Source: Chloroflexota bacterium
GTDB lineage: Bacteria > Chloroflexota > UBA11872 > VXOZ01
NCBI GenBank assembly: GCA_964291655.2
Contig: OZ219801.1
Location: forward strand, 416,001 to 480,000
Reading direction: 5' to 3'
Length of the DNA: 64,000 bases
Of the stretch, positions 1 to 9,734 are shown piece after piece. Within the stretch, counting starts at the first letter, position 1, and every line of letters begins with the position of its first letter. The position numbers were made by a program, and so were the translations under genes. The notes below the pieces were generated by a model that was given only the letters and a program-made list of their open reading frames with translations, did not search any database and was not told where the DNA came from.

Positions 1-167
1 GCTACCAATTTGGAAAGCCCGCACAGTTTGGCCTGCAAAACTCTCTCCCCGCAGCGGGTGGAATCAAATTGCCAAGGCAAGCCCTCAGGCTTTGGTGGGA
101 AATTCCATTGAACGGTCTCAGCTTCAAATGCACTGTGTCCTATCCTTCTCCGCCAATGCAACTGGCT

Positions 168-1220
168 TCAAAGGGATTCAAGACTGGCGCTATCAAGTTC
201 GTCACGCGGCGCGCGTTCCAGGAGTTCCACCGTTGCCTGGGCCACCGTGGTGCCGCCTTTGAGCACTTCATGCAGCAGCTCCGTAATCGGCAATTCCACG
301 TCGAGACTACGCGCCAACCGCACGGCGGCACGGGTGGTCGGCACACCTTCAGCTACGTTGTCCATCGAATCGAGGATTTCATCGAGCGACTTGCCCTGCG
401 CCAATTGTTCGCCAACGTGCCGGTTGCGACTCTGCCGGCTGGCGCACGTCGCCATGAGATCGCCGAGCCCTGCCAGTCCGGCAAATGTGAGCGGCTGCGC
501 GCCCATCGCCACGCCAAGCCGCGTCATCTCCGCAACGCCGCGTGTCAACAGTGCCGCCTTCGCGTTGTCACCAAGGCGCAACCCATCGCAGATACCGGCC
601 ACAATCGCCATGACATTCTTGAGCGCTCCGCCTAGCTCGACGCCAATGACATCTGTGCTCGTATAGACGCGAAAGCGCGGCAGCATGAGCTTCTCCCGCG
701 CCCTGCGGGTCAATTCGGCATCGGTGCCTGCAAGCACGGCGGCAGCAGGCTGGCCTCTGGCAATCTCGCGGGCAAGATTGGGCCCGGAAAGCGCTAACAC
801 GCCACCTGGAGCAAGCTCCGGTAGTTCTTCCCGGATCAACGCGGACATCGTCTTGCCGGCTGCGGTCTCAAGACCCTTTGTCGCCGAAACTAGGAGAGAG
901 TCGGCCGTTACGCCCGGCGCAATCCAACGCAGGTTGCGGCGCATTGCTTCCGAAGGCACCACTAGCAGGATGATCTCGCTCCCCAGCAACGCCGCCAGGG
1001 GGTCGCCGGTGATGTCCACGGCGGGCGGTATGGGAATTCCCGGCAGGAAACGCCGGTTTTCTCCGCATTCCCGCAGTTGCTTCGCCTCATCGTCAGTGCG
1101 AGCCAGCCAGCGGACGGCGCGGTTTCCAAGGGCGAGTTGTACGGCCAGCGTGGTGCCCCACATGCCTGTGCCGACAACGGTGATCGCGCTTTCAACTTGC
1201 CGATTGGCGCTTGTCGTCAT
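168..1220 (-). CDS. gpsA: NAD(P)H-dependent glycerol-3-phosphate dehydrogenase
   Basis: GTGMWGT Rossmann motif, ATKG, SGPNLA, GGALKN and GLAGLGDL..TC.S..SRN motifs; start taken at the ATG at 1220 (ORF is open to 1268). Confidence 0.95.
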   Translation of the reverse strand: MTTSANRQVESAITVVGTGMWGTTLAVQLALGNRAVRWLARTDDEAKQLRECGENRRFLPGIPIPPAVDITGDPLAALLGSEIILLVVPSEAMRRNLRWIAPGVTADSLLVSATKGLETAAGKTMSALIREELPELAPGGVLALSGPNLAREIARGQPAAAVLAGTDAELTRRAREKLMLPRFRVYTSTDVIGVELGGALKNVMAIVAGICDGLRLGDNAKAALLTRGVAEMTRLGVAMGAQPLTFAGLAGLGDLMATCASRQSRNRHVGEQLAQGKSLDEILDSMDNVAEGVPTTRAAVRLARSLDVELPITELLHEVLKGGTTVAQATVELLERAPRDELDSASLESL

Positions 1221-1359
1221 TCTAAGCTTCTCACACTCTTCTGCCAGCAGACTGAGGCAAACTGACACACGCGTAGCCGCACATATCCGACGTATCTACA
1301 CGTGTTACACGGCAATACTGGCCTCAAAGCGCTTTATCCAAAATACTGTCTAACCACTT

Positions 1360-1685
1360 GTGCCAAAAAGCCGGGGACTAGCCCCCGCGTTACGGCTTGT
1401 AAGCGAGGTTCGCGCTTACTTTGGCACGAAAACACGCGACGGTCGCAGGTTGCAAACCTGCGCTACTCGTGCCACAAAGCGGGGGACAAGCCTCCGCGCT
1501 TCGGCTTGTAAGCGAGGTTCGCGCTTACTTTGGCACGAAATCATGCAACGGCCGCAGGTTGCAAACCTGCGCTACTCGTGCCACAAAGCGGGGGACAAGC
1601 CCCCGCGCTACGGCTTGTTTACGAGGATCGTAATTGCATTGGCTCGCAAACATGTGACGATCGCAGGTTGCAAACCTGCGCTACT
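1360..1685. repeat. BIME-like mosaic: three 109-bp tandem units, each with two GTAG-type REP palindromes
   Basis: Units start at 1360, 1469 and 1578. Each has gcgggggacaagcccccgcgctac and gcaggttgcaaacctgcgctac; the reverse complements begin GTAGCGC. Confidence 0.9.
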
Positions 1686-2640
1686 AGTAGCCGGCTTCTT
1701 TGTCCACTACGTGCAACAGCTGTTCGCCATCGAGAAATCGTTGTAAATTCTGTTCCAGCAGATCGTAGAACCGATCGTCGTTGTGAGGAGCGGTTCCCGA
1801 CGTGTGTTGGGTAACGATGGCGTTGGGCATGTCCCACAGTTCAGAGTCCGGCGGCAAAGGTTCGGGATCGGTTACGTCGAGACCGGCGCCTGCGATCCAA
1901 CCTTCTTTCAGCGCCTGGAACAGCGGCTCCGCTTGGATGATCTTACCCCGGCCGATGTTATAGATGTACGCTGTCTGCTTCATGAGCCGAATCTCCGTTT
2001 CGCCAACCAGCCCTCTCGTCTCTTCTGTCAGCGGACAGCAAACCGCCACGTGGTCTGAACGCCGCAAGAGATTGTGCAGTCCCTCCGGTCCCACCAACTC
2101 AGCGAGATATGCCGGCCGTTCCTTGGGGTGGCGGCGAAGACCGATGACATGCATCCCCAAGTGGTGGGCCTTTTCGGCCAGGGCCCCGCCAATGCCGCCC
2201 GCCCCGATCACGCCGAGAGTCTGCCCCTCCAAACAGAAGGGGTGAAAATCAGGAGGCCGCCACACGTGATCGCGTTGCGCCTGAAGTATCTGAAGAAAAC
2301 CCCGCGCAAACGCCAGCATCATAGTCAAGACGTGTTCGGAAATCTGCGTCGCGTGGAGACTCTGCGCATTCGTCACAATCACGTCAGAGGCAATGATCTC
2401 CGGCGTCAGCAGGCGGTCGACTCCGGCTCCTTGGTTTTGGACCCAGCGCAGATTGCGTGCCTGAGGCAGCAATTCCTGAGGTAAGCGCCCGACCACAACG
2501 TGGGCCCGTGGCATCACCGCTGCATACTCAGCGTCGTTGCTTGGCACGACGAATTCGATCTGCGAGAATTTATGCCGTAGTTGCTCAACTTGATCCTTGC
2601 GGTGGCTCCATGTGGACATTACCACCGTAGTTGCTGCCAT
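1684..2640 (-). CDS. D-2-hydroxyacid dehydrogenase family protein
   Basis: GAGVD, GVIGAGGIG, NIGRG, AGLDVTDPEPLP and H-T-S/G motifs. Confidence 0.92.
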   Translation of the reverse strand: MAATTVVMSTWSHRKDQVEQLRHKFSQIEFVVPSNDAEYAAVMPRAHVVVGRLPQELLPQARNLRWVQNQGAGVDRLLTPEIIASDVIVTNAQSLHATQISEHVLTMMLAFARGFLQILQAQRDHVWRPPDFHPFCLEGQTLGVIGAGGIGGALAEKAHHLGMHVIGLRRHPKERPAYLAELVGPEGLHNLLRRSDHVAVCCPLTEETRGLVGETEIRLMKQTAYIYNIGRGKIIQAEPLFQALKEGWIAGAGLDVTDPEPLPPDSELWDMPNAIVTQHTSGTAPHNDDRFYDLLEQNLQRFLDGEQLLHVVDKEAGY

Positions 2641-2715
2641 GGATAGAAGTACACCCTTTGCTATGCTAGTGCCATCACGGCAAGAGAAAGTCCACCTCAT
2701 GATAGCAGAGGAATT

Positions 2716-3750
2716 ATGATCCGGCTTGAGGACCTTGATTACGCCCTACCGTCGCACTTCATTGCGCAAAACCCGTGCGAGCCGCGCGACGCCGCCCGGC
2801 TGCTTGTATATCGCCGCGGTACCGGAATGATTCAGCATAGCCGCGTCGCGCACATAGCAGAGCACTTGCAGCCTGGCGACCTGCTCGTGGCTAACGACAC
2901 GCGCGTGATTCCGGCGCGATTATTCGGCCGGCGCGAGCACACCGGCGGCAAGGTGGAACTGCTCTTGCTGCGACCGCGAGAGCAGGACGCCTGGGAAGCG
3001 CTGGTGCGGCCTTCGCACCGTCTCAAGCCCGGTGCCCGGGTGCTTCTTAACAACCAGGATGGCGGAAGCCCGGATGTGATCGAGATCGGGGACGAGCTCC
3101 CACATGGCAGCCGGCTCGTGCGCTTCTCTGCTGACCCTGCCATCGTGCTCGAGCGCAGCGGCACGGTCCCGCTGCCGCCGTACGTCCGGCAGCCGCTGGC
3201 GGATCCCTCGCGCTACCAAACCACCTATGCCCGCGTGCGCGGCTCGGCTGCCGCTCCCACAGCCGGACTTCACTTCACGCCCCGGTTGGTTCGCGAACTA
3301 GAGAATTGCGGTGTGCGTTTTGCCTTCATCACGCTGCACATCGGCCTTGATACCTTCCAGCCCATCCGTGAATCAGACCCGTTGCAACACGCCATTCATA
3401 GCGAATACCTGGAAGTTCCACCGGAAACAGCGCAGATGATTGAGGAAACGAAGGGATTCGGCAAGAGAGTGGTGGCGGTGGGAACAACAAGCGTGCGCGC
3501 CCTTGAGAGCGCTGCCAATACGCAGGGCACTGTGCGAGCTTGGAGCGGCGACACGCGTCTCTACATCTATCCCGGCTATGAATTCCGTGTGGTTGACGGC
3601 ATCCTGACAAACTTTCACCTGCCCCGTTCAACCCTACTACTGCTCGTGGCAGCGTATACAGGCTTGCCTGAGCTTAAGCAAATCTACCGGTCGGCGATCG
3701 AGGAAAACTACCGGTTCTACAGTTTCGGCGACGCGAGCTTGCTGCTCTAA
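2716..3750 (+). CDS. queA: S-adenosylmethionine:tRNA ribosyltransferase-isomerase
   Basis: NDTRVIPARL, PLPPY, YQTTYA, GSAAAPTAGLHFT, TNFHLPRSTL and YRFYSFGD motifs. Confidence 0.97.
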   Translation: MIRLEDLDYALPSHFIAQNPCEPRDAARLLVYRRGTGMIQHSRVAHIAEHLQPGDLLVANDTRVIPARLFGRREHTGGKVELLLLRPREQDAWEALVRPSHRLKPGARVLLNNQDGGSPDVIEIGDELPHGSRLVRFSADPAIVLERSGTVPLPPYVRQPLADPSRYQTTYARVRGSAAAPTAGLHFTPRLVRELENCGVRFAFITLHIGLDTFQPIRESDPLQHAIHSEYLEVPPETAQMIEETKGFGKRVVAVGTTSVRALESAANTQGTVRAWSGDTRLYIYPGYEFRVVDGILTNFHLPRSTLLLLVAAYTGLPELKQIYRSAIEENYRFYSFGDASLLL

Positions 3751-3772
3751 GTGGGCGTATGAAAGCGGCGTG

Positions 3773-4226
3773 CGTTCATCCTTCGACAGGCTCAGGACGA
3801 ACGGTTACCAGTCATCCCAAGGAACACACCCCTCTTCCGTTCGTGGTGCGCCTCCTTCCGTTCGTGATGAGCTTCCTTCCGTTCGTGGTTGGCTTCCTTC
3901 CCTTCGTGGCAAGCTTCCTTCCGTACGCGGTGAGCCTCCTTCCGTTCGTGGCAAGCTTCCTTCCGTTTGTGGTCGGCTTCCTTCCGTGCGCGGTGGGCTT
4001 CCTTCCGTCCGTGATGCGCTTCCTTCCGTACGCGGTGGGCTTCCTTCCGTCCGTGATGCGCTTCCTTCCGTGCGCGGTGGGCTTCCTTCCGTTCGTGGTG
4101 CGCTTCCTTCCGTTCGTGGTGAGCTTCCTTCCGTTCGTGGTGCGCTTCCTTCCGTTCGCGGTGAGCTTCCCTCCGTGCGCGGTGAGCTTCCCTCCGTTCG
4201 TGGTGAGCTTGTCGAACCATGAACGG
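3773..4226. repeat. Inverted pair of REP-like elements enclosing 17 tandem 21-bp units
   Basis: Inverted element at 3773-3804; units with consensus ccgttcgtggtgagcttcctt every 21 bp from 3837 to 4193; full element ccgttcgtggtgagcttgtcgaaccatgaacgg at 4194-4226. Confidence 0.93.
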
Positions 4227-4289
4227 CGATTGGCTGAAAACCTCTCACACATCCTTCTGTTTGTGCAGGCCGTCACCTGGCAGCACCGG

Positions 4290-6485
4290 CTACGCAAGCT
4301 TCTCGAGGGGCGCAAACGAGGCAGAGAAGCGCTTGACGCCAATGTCGGGGAACGCCACGGTCACTTCCTCGTCAGTATCCGTAATCTTGCTGCTCACCAC
4401 GGTGCCCTCACCGAAAACGCTATGCCGGACTCGGTCGCCGTCGCGGTACTTCTGCGCCTCCGGCACCTGCGCTCGCTGCGGGCGGGAGCCAGACTGCGAC
4501 CCCTGCCAGACTGCCTCCAGCGACGGCTGTGTCTGCATCATGGGACCGGTTACGAGTTCCATGGGCAATTCAGCAATGAAGCGGGAGGGTATTCGACCAA
4601 CCGACTGGCTGCTATAGCGCCGTGCCGCGTAAAGTAGATAGAGCCGCTCTTTGGCCCGCGTGAGGGCCACGTAACAGAGCCGCCGTTCCTCCGCCAACTG
4701 CTCCGGATCGTCGAGTGAGCGAATGTGCGGAAAGAGCTCTTCCTCCATACCGGCTACAAACACCGCCGGGAATTCCAAGCCCTTCGCATTGTGCATCGTC
4801 ATGAGGGTCAGGCCGCCGTCTGTACCCATACGATCGACGTCGGCCACCAGCGAAGCCTCATGCAAGAACAAGCCCAAGCCTTGCGGCGGCTCAATGTCGT
4901 CAAAGCGCGCGGCGGCAGCCACCAGCTCATCAAGATTCTCTTCACGGTCCACTGCCTCCTCGACATTCTCGTTACTGCGAATGAGTTCCAGGTACCCGCT
5001 CTCCCTGACAACCGTCTTCACGAGCGTACTCAGAGGCGCGCGCGCCAACTCTGCGCGAAATCTTTCCAGTAAATGGCCGAGATTCTCCATGGCGGTCCGG
5101 GCCCGCGCCGTCACCGGCAAGGGGTCGGTGACGCTGCCCGCAGCAAAGCTCAGGACTGCCTCCGCGGCGGAGATGTCCTGTAATTCGGACCACATGGATA
5201 GCGCCGCAAACGTCTTGGCGCCAATACCGCGGGGCGGCACGTTCACCACCCGCCGAAAGCTCACGTTGTCACTCAGATTGTTGATCACGCGCAAATACGC
5301 AAGGACATCTTTGACTTCCCGCCGTTGGTAGAAGGCTACACCGCCAACCAACTGATACGGTATGCCATGGGTAACCAGTGCGTCCTCGAGAGCGCGAGAC
5401 TGCGCGTTCGTGCGATACATAACCACGCAGTCGCTGAGGCCAAGCCCTTCGTCCTGCAGGCGGCGCACGTTATTCACGATGAGGCGCGCTTCATCTTCCT
5501 CATCGAGTGCAGGTAAGACCACCAGCGGCGCGCCTCCGCCGTTCGTCGTCCATAGCCGCTTGTCGCGGCGATTCGGTAAGCGGCTAATGATGCCGTGGGC
5601 CGCGTCCAGAATATTCTGGGTTGAGCGGTAGTTTTGCTCCAGCTTGATGACGACGGCGTCGGGATACTCCTGCTCGAAGTTCAGAATATTGCGCAAATCG
5701 GCTCCCCGCCAACTGTAGATGCCTTGGTCGTCGTCGCCAACCACACAAATGTTGCGAAACTTCGCTGCCAGCATCCTTACCAGTTCGTACTGCGCATGGT
5801 TTGTATCCTGATACTCATCCACCATGATGTAGCGGAAGCGGTCCTGGTAGTGCTCCCGCACGTCCGGGTGCTCCCGAAAGAGCTGTACTACAAACATAAT
5901 GAGGTCATTGAAATCAAGCGCATTGGCCTTGCGAAGCGTATCTTGATAGCGCCGGTATATTCTGGCGGCGGCTTCTTCAAAGGGCCCCTGCGCGTGTTCG
6001 GCAAACACGTGGGGGGTGATGAGTTCATCCTTGGCGCGTGAGATCGTATTCAAGACTGAGCGGGGACTCAGACGCTTTTCATTGATGTCGAGCGCTTTGA
6101 GCACGTCCTTAATCACGGTCAACTGGTCGGCGTCGTCGTAGATCGTAAAGCCCTCGTCCCAGCCGAGCCGCCGTAGCTCGCGACGCAGAATGCGTGAACA
6201 GAACGCATGGAATGTGCTCAAGAGCACATTCTCGCCAATCGGCCCCGCCAGTTCCCGCACCCGGTGACGCATTTCGCCGGCAGCCTTGTTTGTAAAGGTT
6301 ACCCCGAGGATCTGCCATGGAGGCACACGCTTGGCGAGCATGAGGTATGCAATGCGATGGACTATCACCCGAGTTTTGCCGGAACCGGCTCCGGCCAAGA
6401 TGAGCACCGGCCCGTCCGTTGTTTCAACCGCGCTCTGCTGCGGTTCGTTAAGGTCTGCCAGCAGGGATTCGGGGTTTGTAATCAA
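4290..6485 (-). CDS. pcrA: ATP-dependent DNA helicase PcrA/UvrD
   Basis: AGAGSGKT, TFTNKAA, VDEYQDTN, VGDDDQ, NYRST, HNAKGLEF and EERRLCYVALTRA motifs plus a C-terminal Tudor-like domain; TTG start at 6485 with GGAG upstream. Confidence 0.95.
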   Translation of the reverse strand: MITNPESLLADLNEPQQSAVETTDGPVLILAGAGSGKTRVIVHRIAYLMLAKRVPPWQILGVTFTNKAAGEMRHRVRELAGPIGENVLLSTFHAFCSRILRRELRRLGWDEGFTIYDDADQLTVIKDVLKALDINEKRLSPRSVLNTISRAKDELITPHVFAEHAQGPFEEAAARIYRRYQDTLRKANALDFNDLIMFVVQLFREHPDVREHYQDRFRYIMVDEYQDTNHAQYELVRMLAAKFRNICVVGDDDQGIYSWRGADLRNILNFEQEYPDAVVIKLEQNYRSTQNILDAAHGIISRLPNRRDKRLWTTNGGGAPLVVLPALDEEDEARLIVNNVRRLQDEGLGLSDCVVMYRTNAQSRALEDALVTHGIPYQLVGGVAFYQRREVKDVLAYLRVINNLSDNVSFRRVVNVPPRGIGAKTFAALSMWSELQDISAAEAVLSFAAGSVTDPLPVTARARTAMENLGHLLERFRAELARAPLSTLVKTVVRESGYLELIRSNENVEEAVDREENLDELVAAAARFDDIEPPQGLGLFLHEASLVADVDRMGTDGGLTLMTMHNAKGLEFPAVFVAGMEEELFPHIRSLDDPEQLAEERRLCYVALTRAKERLYLLYAARRYSSQSVGRIPSRFIAELPMELVTGPMMQTQPSLEAVWQGSQSGSRPQRAQVPEAQKYRDGDRVRHSVFGEGTVVSSKITDTDEEVTVAFPDIGVKRFSASFAPLEKLA

Positions 6486-6842
6486 GGAATAACACTCCGT
6501 ATACCGATGGAGAAAGGCAATGGACCTCGCTGTTATGCGAGCGGTCCGGATGGAAGAGAAGCTGAGCCGCCCCCTCAGCGATTTTATCACCGTCACTTCC
6601 AGCTTGCACTCTAACCACAAGAGTCTTTGCTATGCTAATACACACTCGTTTGCTAGATGTTAGACTCTCTGCACTTCCTCTCTCCCACCAAGAACACACG
6701 ATCCAGAATGCACCAATACGCTGACTCTTTTCTTCGAGAGCACCAGAAAATCTATATTACAGGGAATGGAAGCCTCATTAGTGTACCGTAAGGTACATTA
6801 ATTTAATCCATAGTCGTTTTCTAGGGTTTATGCCAGATTCTC

Positions 6843-6877
6843 TTGACTCCTGTTGAGAAGTTAAGGTACCTTAACTT
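6843..6877 (+). promoter_or_regulatory. Putative sigma70 promoter overlapped by a perfect 20-bp palindromic operator (DtxR/IdeR/MntR-like)
   Basis: ttgact at 6843 and tacctt at 6867; perfect palindrome aagttaaggtaccttaactt at 6858-6877 upstream of a metal ABC transporter. Confidence 0.55.
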
Positions 6878-7040
6878 TTGCCAATGAGGCTAACCTCTCA
6901 TGTCCTGACGTGCATGGTTAACGAACGCCAGGACAGTTCCTGCGAGCTGGCTGCCTGATTGGTGCACCTATGCGGATAGGCCTTGAAGCGCACGGCAAGA
7001 CACGGAATACACGCACAGGAATTGGCACGAAAAGGAACCA

Positions 7041-8096
7041 TTGTACGTGTACGTAAATCGTCGAAACTTTCTTAAGGCATCGCTCGCGATGCTTCCCGTT
7101 GCAGTGGGGGCGGCATGCGGCAGTATTGTTGTCACACCTGGTGGCACAACAGACACCCCTGAGTCGATGTCCACCACGCTCACGGTGTACTCTGGTCGCA
7201 ACGAAAACCTCGTGGGACCACTGTTGGAGCAGTTCGGCAATGACGCCGGCATCGATATTCAGGTCAAGTATGGCGGCACGGCTGAAATTGCGGCAACCCT
7301 CCTTGAAGAGGGCGCAAACAGCCCTGCTGACGTATTTTACGCTCAGGATGCCGGCGCTCTGGGCGCGTTACAGGCGGAAAACCGCCTAGCTGCGCTGCCC
7401 GATGCAATCCTCAACACTGTGGAGCCGCGATTCCGCTCCCCGCAAGGCCAATGGGTCGGCACTTCAGGCCGCGCCCGCGTCGTGGTGTACAATACTGAGA
7501 GCGTGAAGCCTGCGGACCTCCCGCCGTCAATTCTGAACTTTACCAATCCCCAGTGGAAGGGCCGTATCGGCTGGGCGCCGACGAACGGCTCGTTTCAGGC
7601 GTTCGTCACCGCCATGCGCGTCGCACTCGGAGAAGAGCAGACCCGAGACTGGCTGAAAGGCATCAAGGCGAACGAGCCGAAGGTGTATCCAAAGAATACG
7701 CCCACGGTGCAGGCTGCGGTGGATGGCGAGATTGCCGTCGGCTTCGTAAATCACTATTATCTCTTCCGCATCCGCGCCGAGCAGGGCGACGTACCGGCAG
7801 AAAACTACTTTCCGCCCAACGGCGATCTTGGATCGCTAATCAACGTGGCCGGCGCCGCTGTCATCGCGGGCTCGAAGAACCAAGCCGCTGCGGAACAGTT
7901 CGTAACGTACCTCTTGTCTCAACAAGCCCAGGAGTATTTTGCCACAGAGACGTACGAGTATCCCCTGGCTCATGGCGTAGCTGCTCACCCCGATCTTCCA
8001 GCGCTCTCCACGATTCAGACTCCTGACATCGACCTTGGCGATCTTGCCGACCTGCGCGGCACACTTCAACTCCTACAAGAGGTGGAACTCATCTAA
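7041..8096 (+). CDS. Fe(III) ABC transporter substrate-binding lipoprotein (FutA/FbpA-like)
   Basis: Tat signal RRNFLK plus lipobox AAC; VYSGR, SPADV, VNHYY (tandem Tyr iron ligands) and EYPL motifs. Confidence 0.9.
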   Translation: MYVYVNRRNFLKASLAMLPVAVGAACGSIVVTPGGTTDTPESMSTTLTVYSGRNENLVGPLLEQFGNDAGIDIQVKYGGTAEIAATLLEEGANSPADVFYAQDAGALGALQAENRLAALPDAILNTVEPRFRSPQGQWVGTSGRARVVVYNTESVKPADLPPSILNFTNPQWKGRIGWAPTNGSFQAFVTAMRVALGEEQTRDWLKGIKANEPKVYPKNTPTVQAAVDGEIAVGFVNHYYLFRIRAEQGDVPAENYFPPNGDLGSLINVAGAAVIAGSKNQAAAEQFVTYLLSQQAQEYFATETYEYPLAHGVAAHPDLPALSTIQTPDIDLGDLADLRGTLQLLQEVELI

Positions 8097-8111
8097 TAGC
8101 TGAAAGATCCT

Positions 8112-9725
8112 ATGGAGATACCAATCCTGCTGCGGGAGACTGTGCGGAGCGGCCGGCGGACCTATCGGACCGCCGGTCCGCCTCTCTTACTCTTGGTTGC
8201 AAGCAGTGTGGTTGGAATCGGCATTCTCCTGCCCCTTGTTTACCTTGTGTTGCGTGCCGCAGGAGCGGGAGACGAGCTTTGGCGGCTCTTGCTGCGTCCG
8301 CGTACTGCGGTCATTCTTTTCAATAGTGTTGCACTATCCTCTGCCGTAACCCTAAGCACGATCGCTATTGCCGTACCCCTTGCCTGGCTCGTCGTGCGCA
8401 GCGACTTGCCCTGGCGAAGATTTTGGACTGGCCTTTTAATCGTGCCGCTAGCTGTCCCCAGCTACGTGGGCGGATTTGTACTGATTGGGGCACTTGGACC
8501 GCGGGGCATGCTGCAACGATTGTTGGAACCACTTGGCGTCGAACGCCTGCCGGAGATTTACGGCTTTCCCGGAGCTTGGCTGGCACTGACGCTGTTTACC
8601 TATCCCTATGTATTCCTTGTCGTGCGCGCCGCCCTGCAAGGCATGGACCACACGTTGGAAGAAGCCTCGCGCAGCCTCGGGCATAGTGGTTGGTCTACCT
8701 TCTGGCAGATTACGTTACCCCAACTCCGTCCGGCAATCGCGGCGGGTGGGCTCCTCGTTGCCCTCTACACGCTCAGTGACTTTGGCGCCGTATCGCTCCT
8801 GCAGTTTGATACCTTTACACGCGTCATTTACGCCCATTACCAGGGCTCTTTTGACCGCCATCTCGCCGCCGGCCTGGCCCTCGTGCTCGTCTTCATGACG
8901 TTGCTTATTCTCGCACTCGAGCATTGGAGCAGGGGACGGGCCTACTACCATCGCGGAGCCCAAAGCGGATTGAGGTCGCTGCGCCGCGTCAACCTTGGTA
9001 GATGGCGGCTTCCGGCTCTCGCCCTCTGTGCCTGTGTCGCACTCTTCGCGCTGGTGCTGCCGGGGCTTACTATCGGCTATTGGCTGTTCCGCAGCGTGAC
9101 ATACACGACAAGCTTTAGCTCCCTGCCGCTACTGGCGTGGAATACACTCTGGGTTTCTGCCGCTACCGGGATTGCCGCCGTTATCCTTGCCATACCGGTG
9201 GCCTACCTGACGGTACGATTCCCAGGCCGGCCTCTGCGCCTCTTCGAGTACGCGATTTACCTGGGCTATGGCCTGCCGGGCATTGTTATTGCCCTCTCCC
9301 TTGTCTTCTTTGGAGCAAATGTCGCGCCCATCATCTATCAAACCTTCTTTCTCTTGATAGCCGCCTATCTGATCCGCTTCCTGCCACAAGCGTACGGCAA
9401 TGCGCGGACCTCACTTCTGCAGGTGAATCCGTCTTTGGAAGAAGCCTCCCGCAGTCTCGGTCACTCCTGGCACGCCACAATCCGCGCTATCACCTTGCCC
9501 TTAGTACGAGGTGGAGCCACCGCGGGCGGTATTCTGGTCTTCGTAACAACTCTCAAGGAGCTCCCTATCACGCTGTTGCTCGGCCCGATCGGCTTCAAAA
9601 CACTAGCCACCGAAGTCTGGACAAATACCGCGGAAGGGTTCTTCGCCGAAGCTGCCCCGGTGATCTTGGTGCTGCTCGGCGTCTCGCTGCTGCCAACATT
9701 GCTTTTTGCGCGTAAGGAGCCTTAA
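8112..9725 (+). CDS. Fe(III) ABC transporter permease (FbpB-like)
   Basis: Two hydrophobic halves, each with an LEEASRSLG EAA loop. Confidence 0.92.
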   Translation: MEIPILLRETVRSGRRTYRTAGPPLLLLVASSVVGIGILLPLVYLVLRAAGAGDELWRLLLRPRTAVILFNSVALSSAVTLSTIAIAVPLAWLVVRSDLPWRRFWTGLLIVPLAVPSYVGGFVLIGALGPRGMLQRLLEPLGVERLPEIYGFPGAWLALTLFTYPYVFLVVRAALQGMDHTLEEASRSLGHSGWSTFWQITLPQLRPAIAAGGLLVALYTLSDFGAVSLLQFDTFTRVIYAHYQGSFDRHLAAGLALVLVFMTLLILALEHWSRGRAYYHRGAQSGLRSLRRVNLGRWRLPALALCACVALFALVLPGLTIGYWLFRSVTYTTSFSSLPLLAWNTLWVSAATGIAAVILAIPVAYLTVRFPGRPLRLFEYAIYLGYGLPGIVIALSLVFFGANVAPIIYQTFFLLIAAYLIRFLPQAYGNARTSLLQVNPSLEEASRSLGHSWHATIRAITLPLVRGGATAGGILVFVTTLKELPITLLLGPIGFKTLATEVWTNTAEGFFAEAAPVILVLLGVSLLPTLLFARKEP

Positions 9726-9734
9726 AATAGTGCC

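Noticed and set aside
1360-1746. ORFs or a CRISPR array in the 109-bp repeat
   Set aside because: The intervening segments are near-identical duplicates, and the ORFs are translations of REP DNA.
3837-4193. CRISPR or other guide-RNA array
   Set aside because: The variable 10-nt parts are all degenerate versions of one sequence rather than unique spacers, the period is only 21 bp, and no cas or other effector gene is nearby.
3759-4637. Repeat-protein ORFs in several frames (PFVVSFL, SVRGELP, HHERKEA)
   Set aside because: These are by-products of a stop-free 21-bp repeat that is open in most frames; there is no clear RBS and the longest overlaps pcrA antisense.
6522-6580. Two hairpins in the pcrA leader
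   Set aside because: They are short GC-rich stems with no recognisable motif and are plausible by chance.
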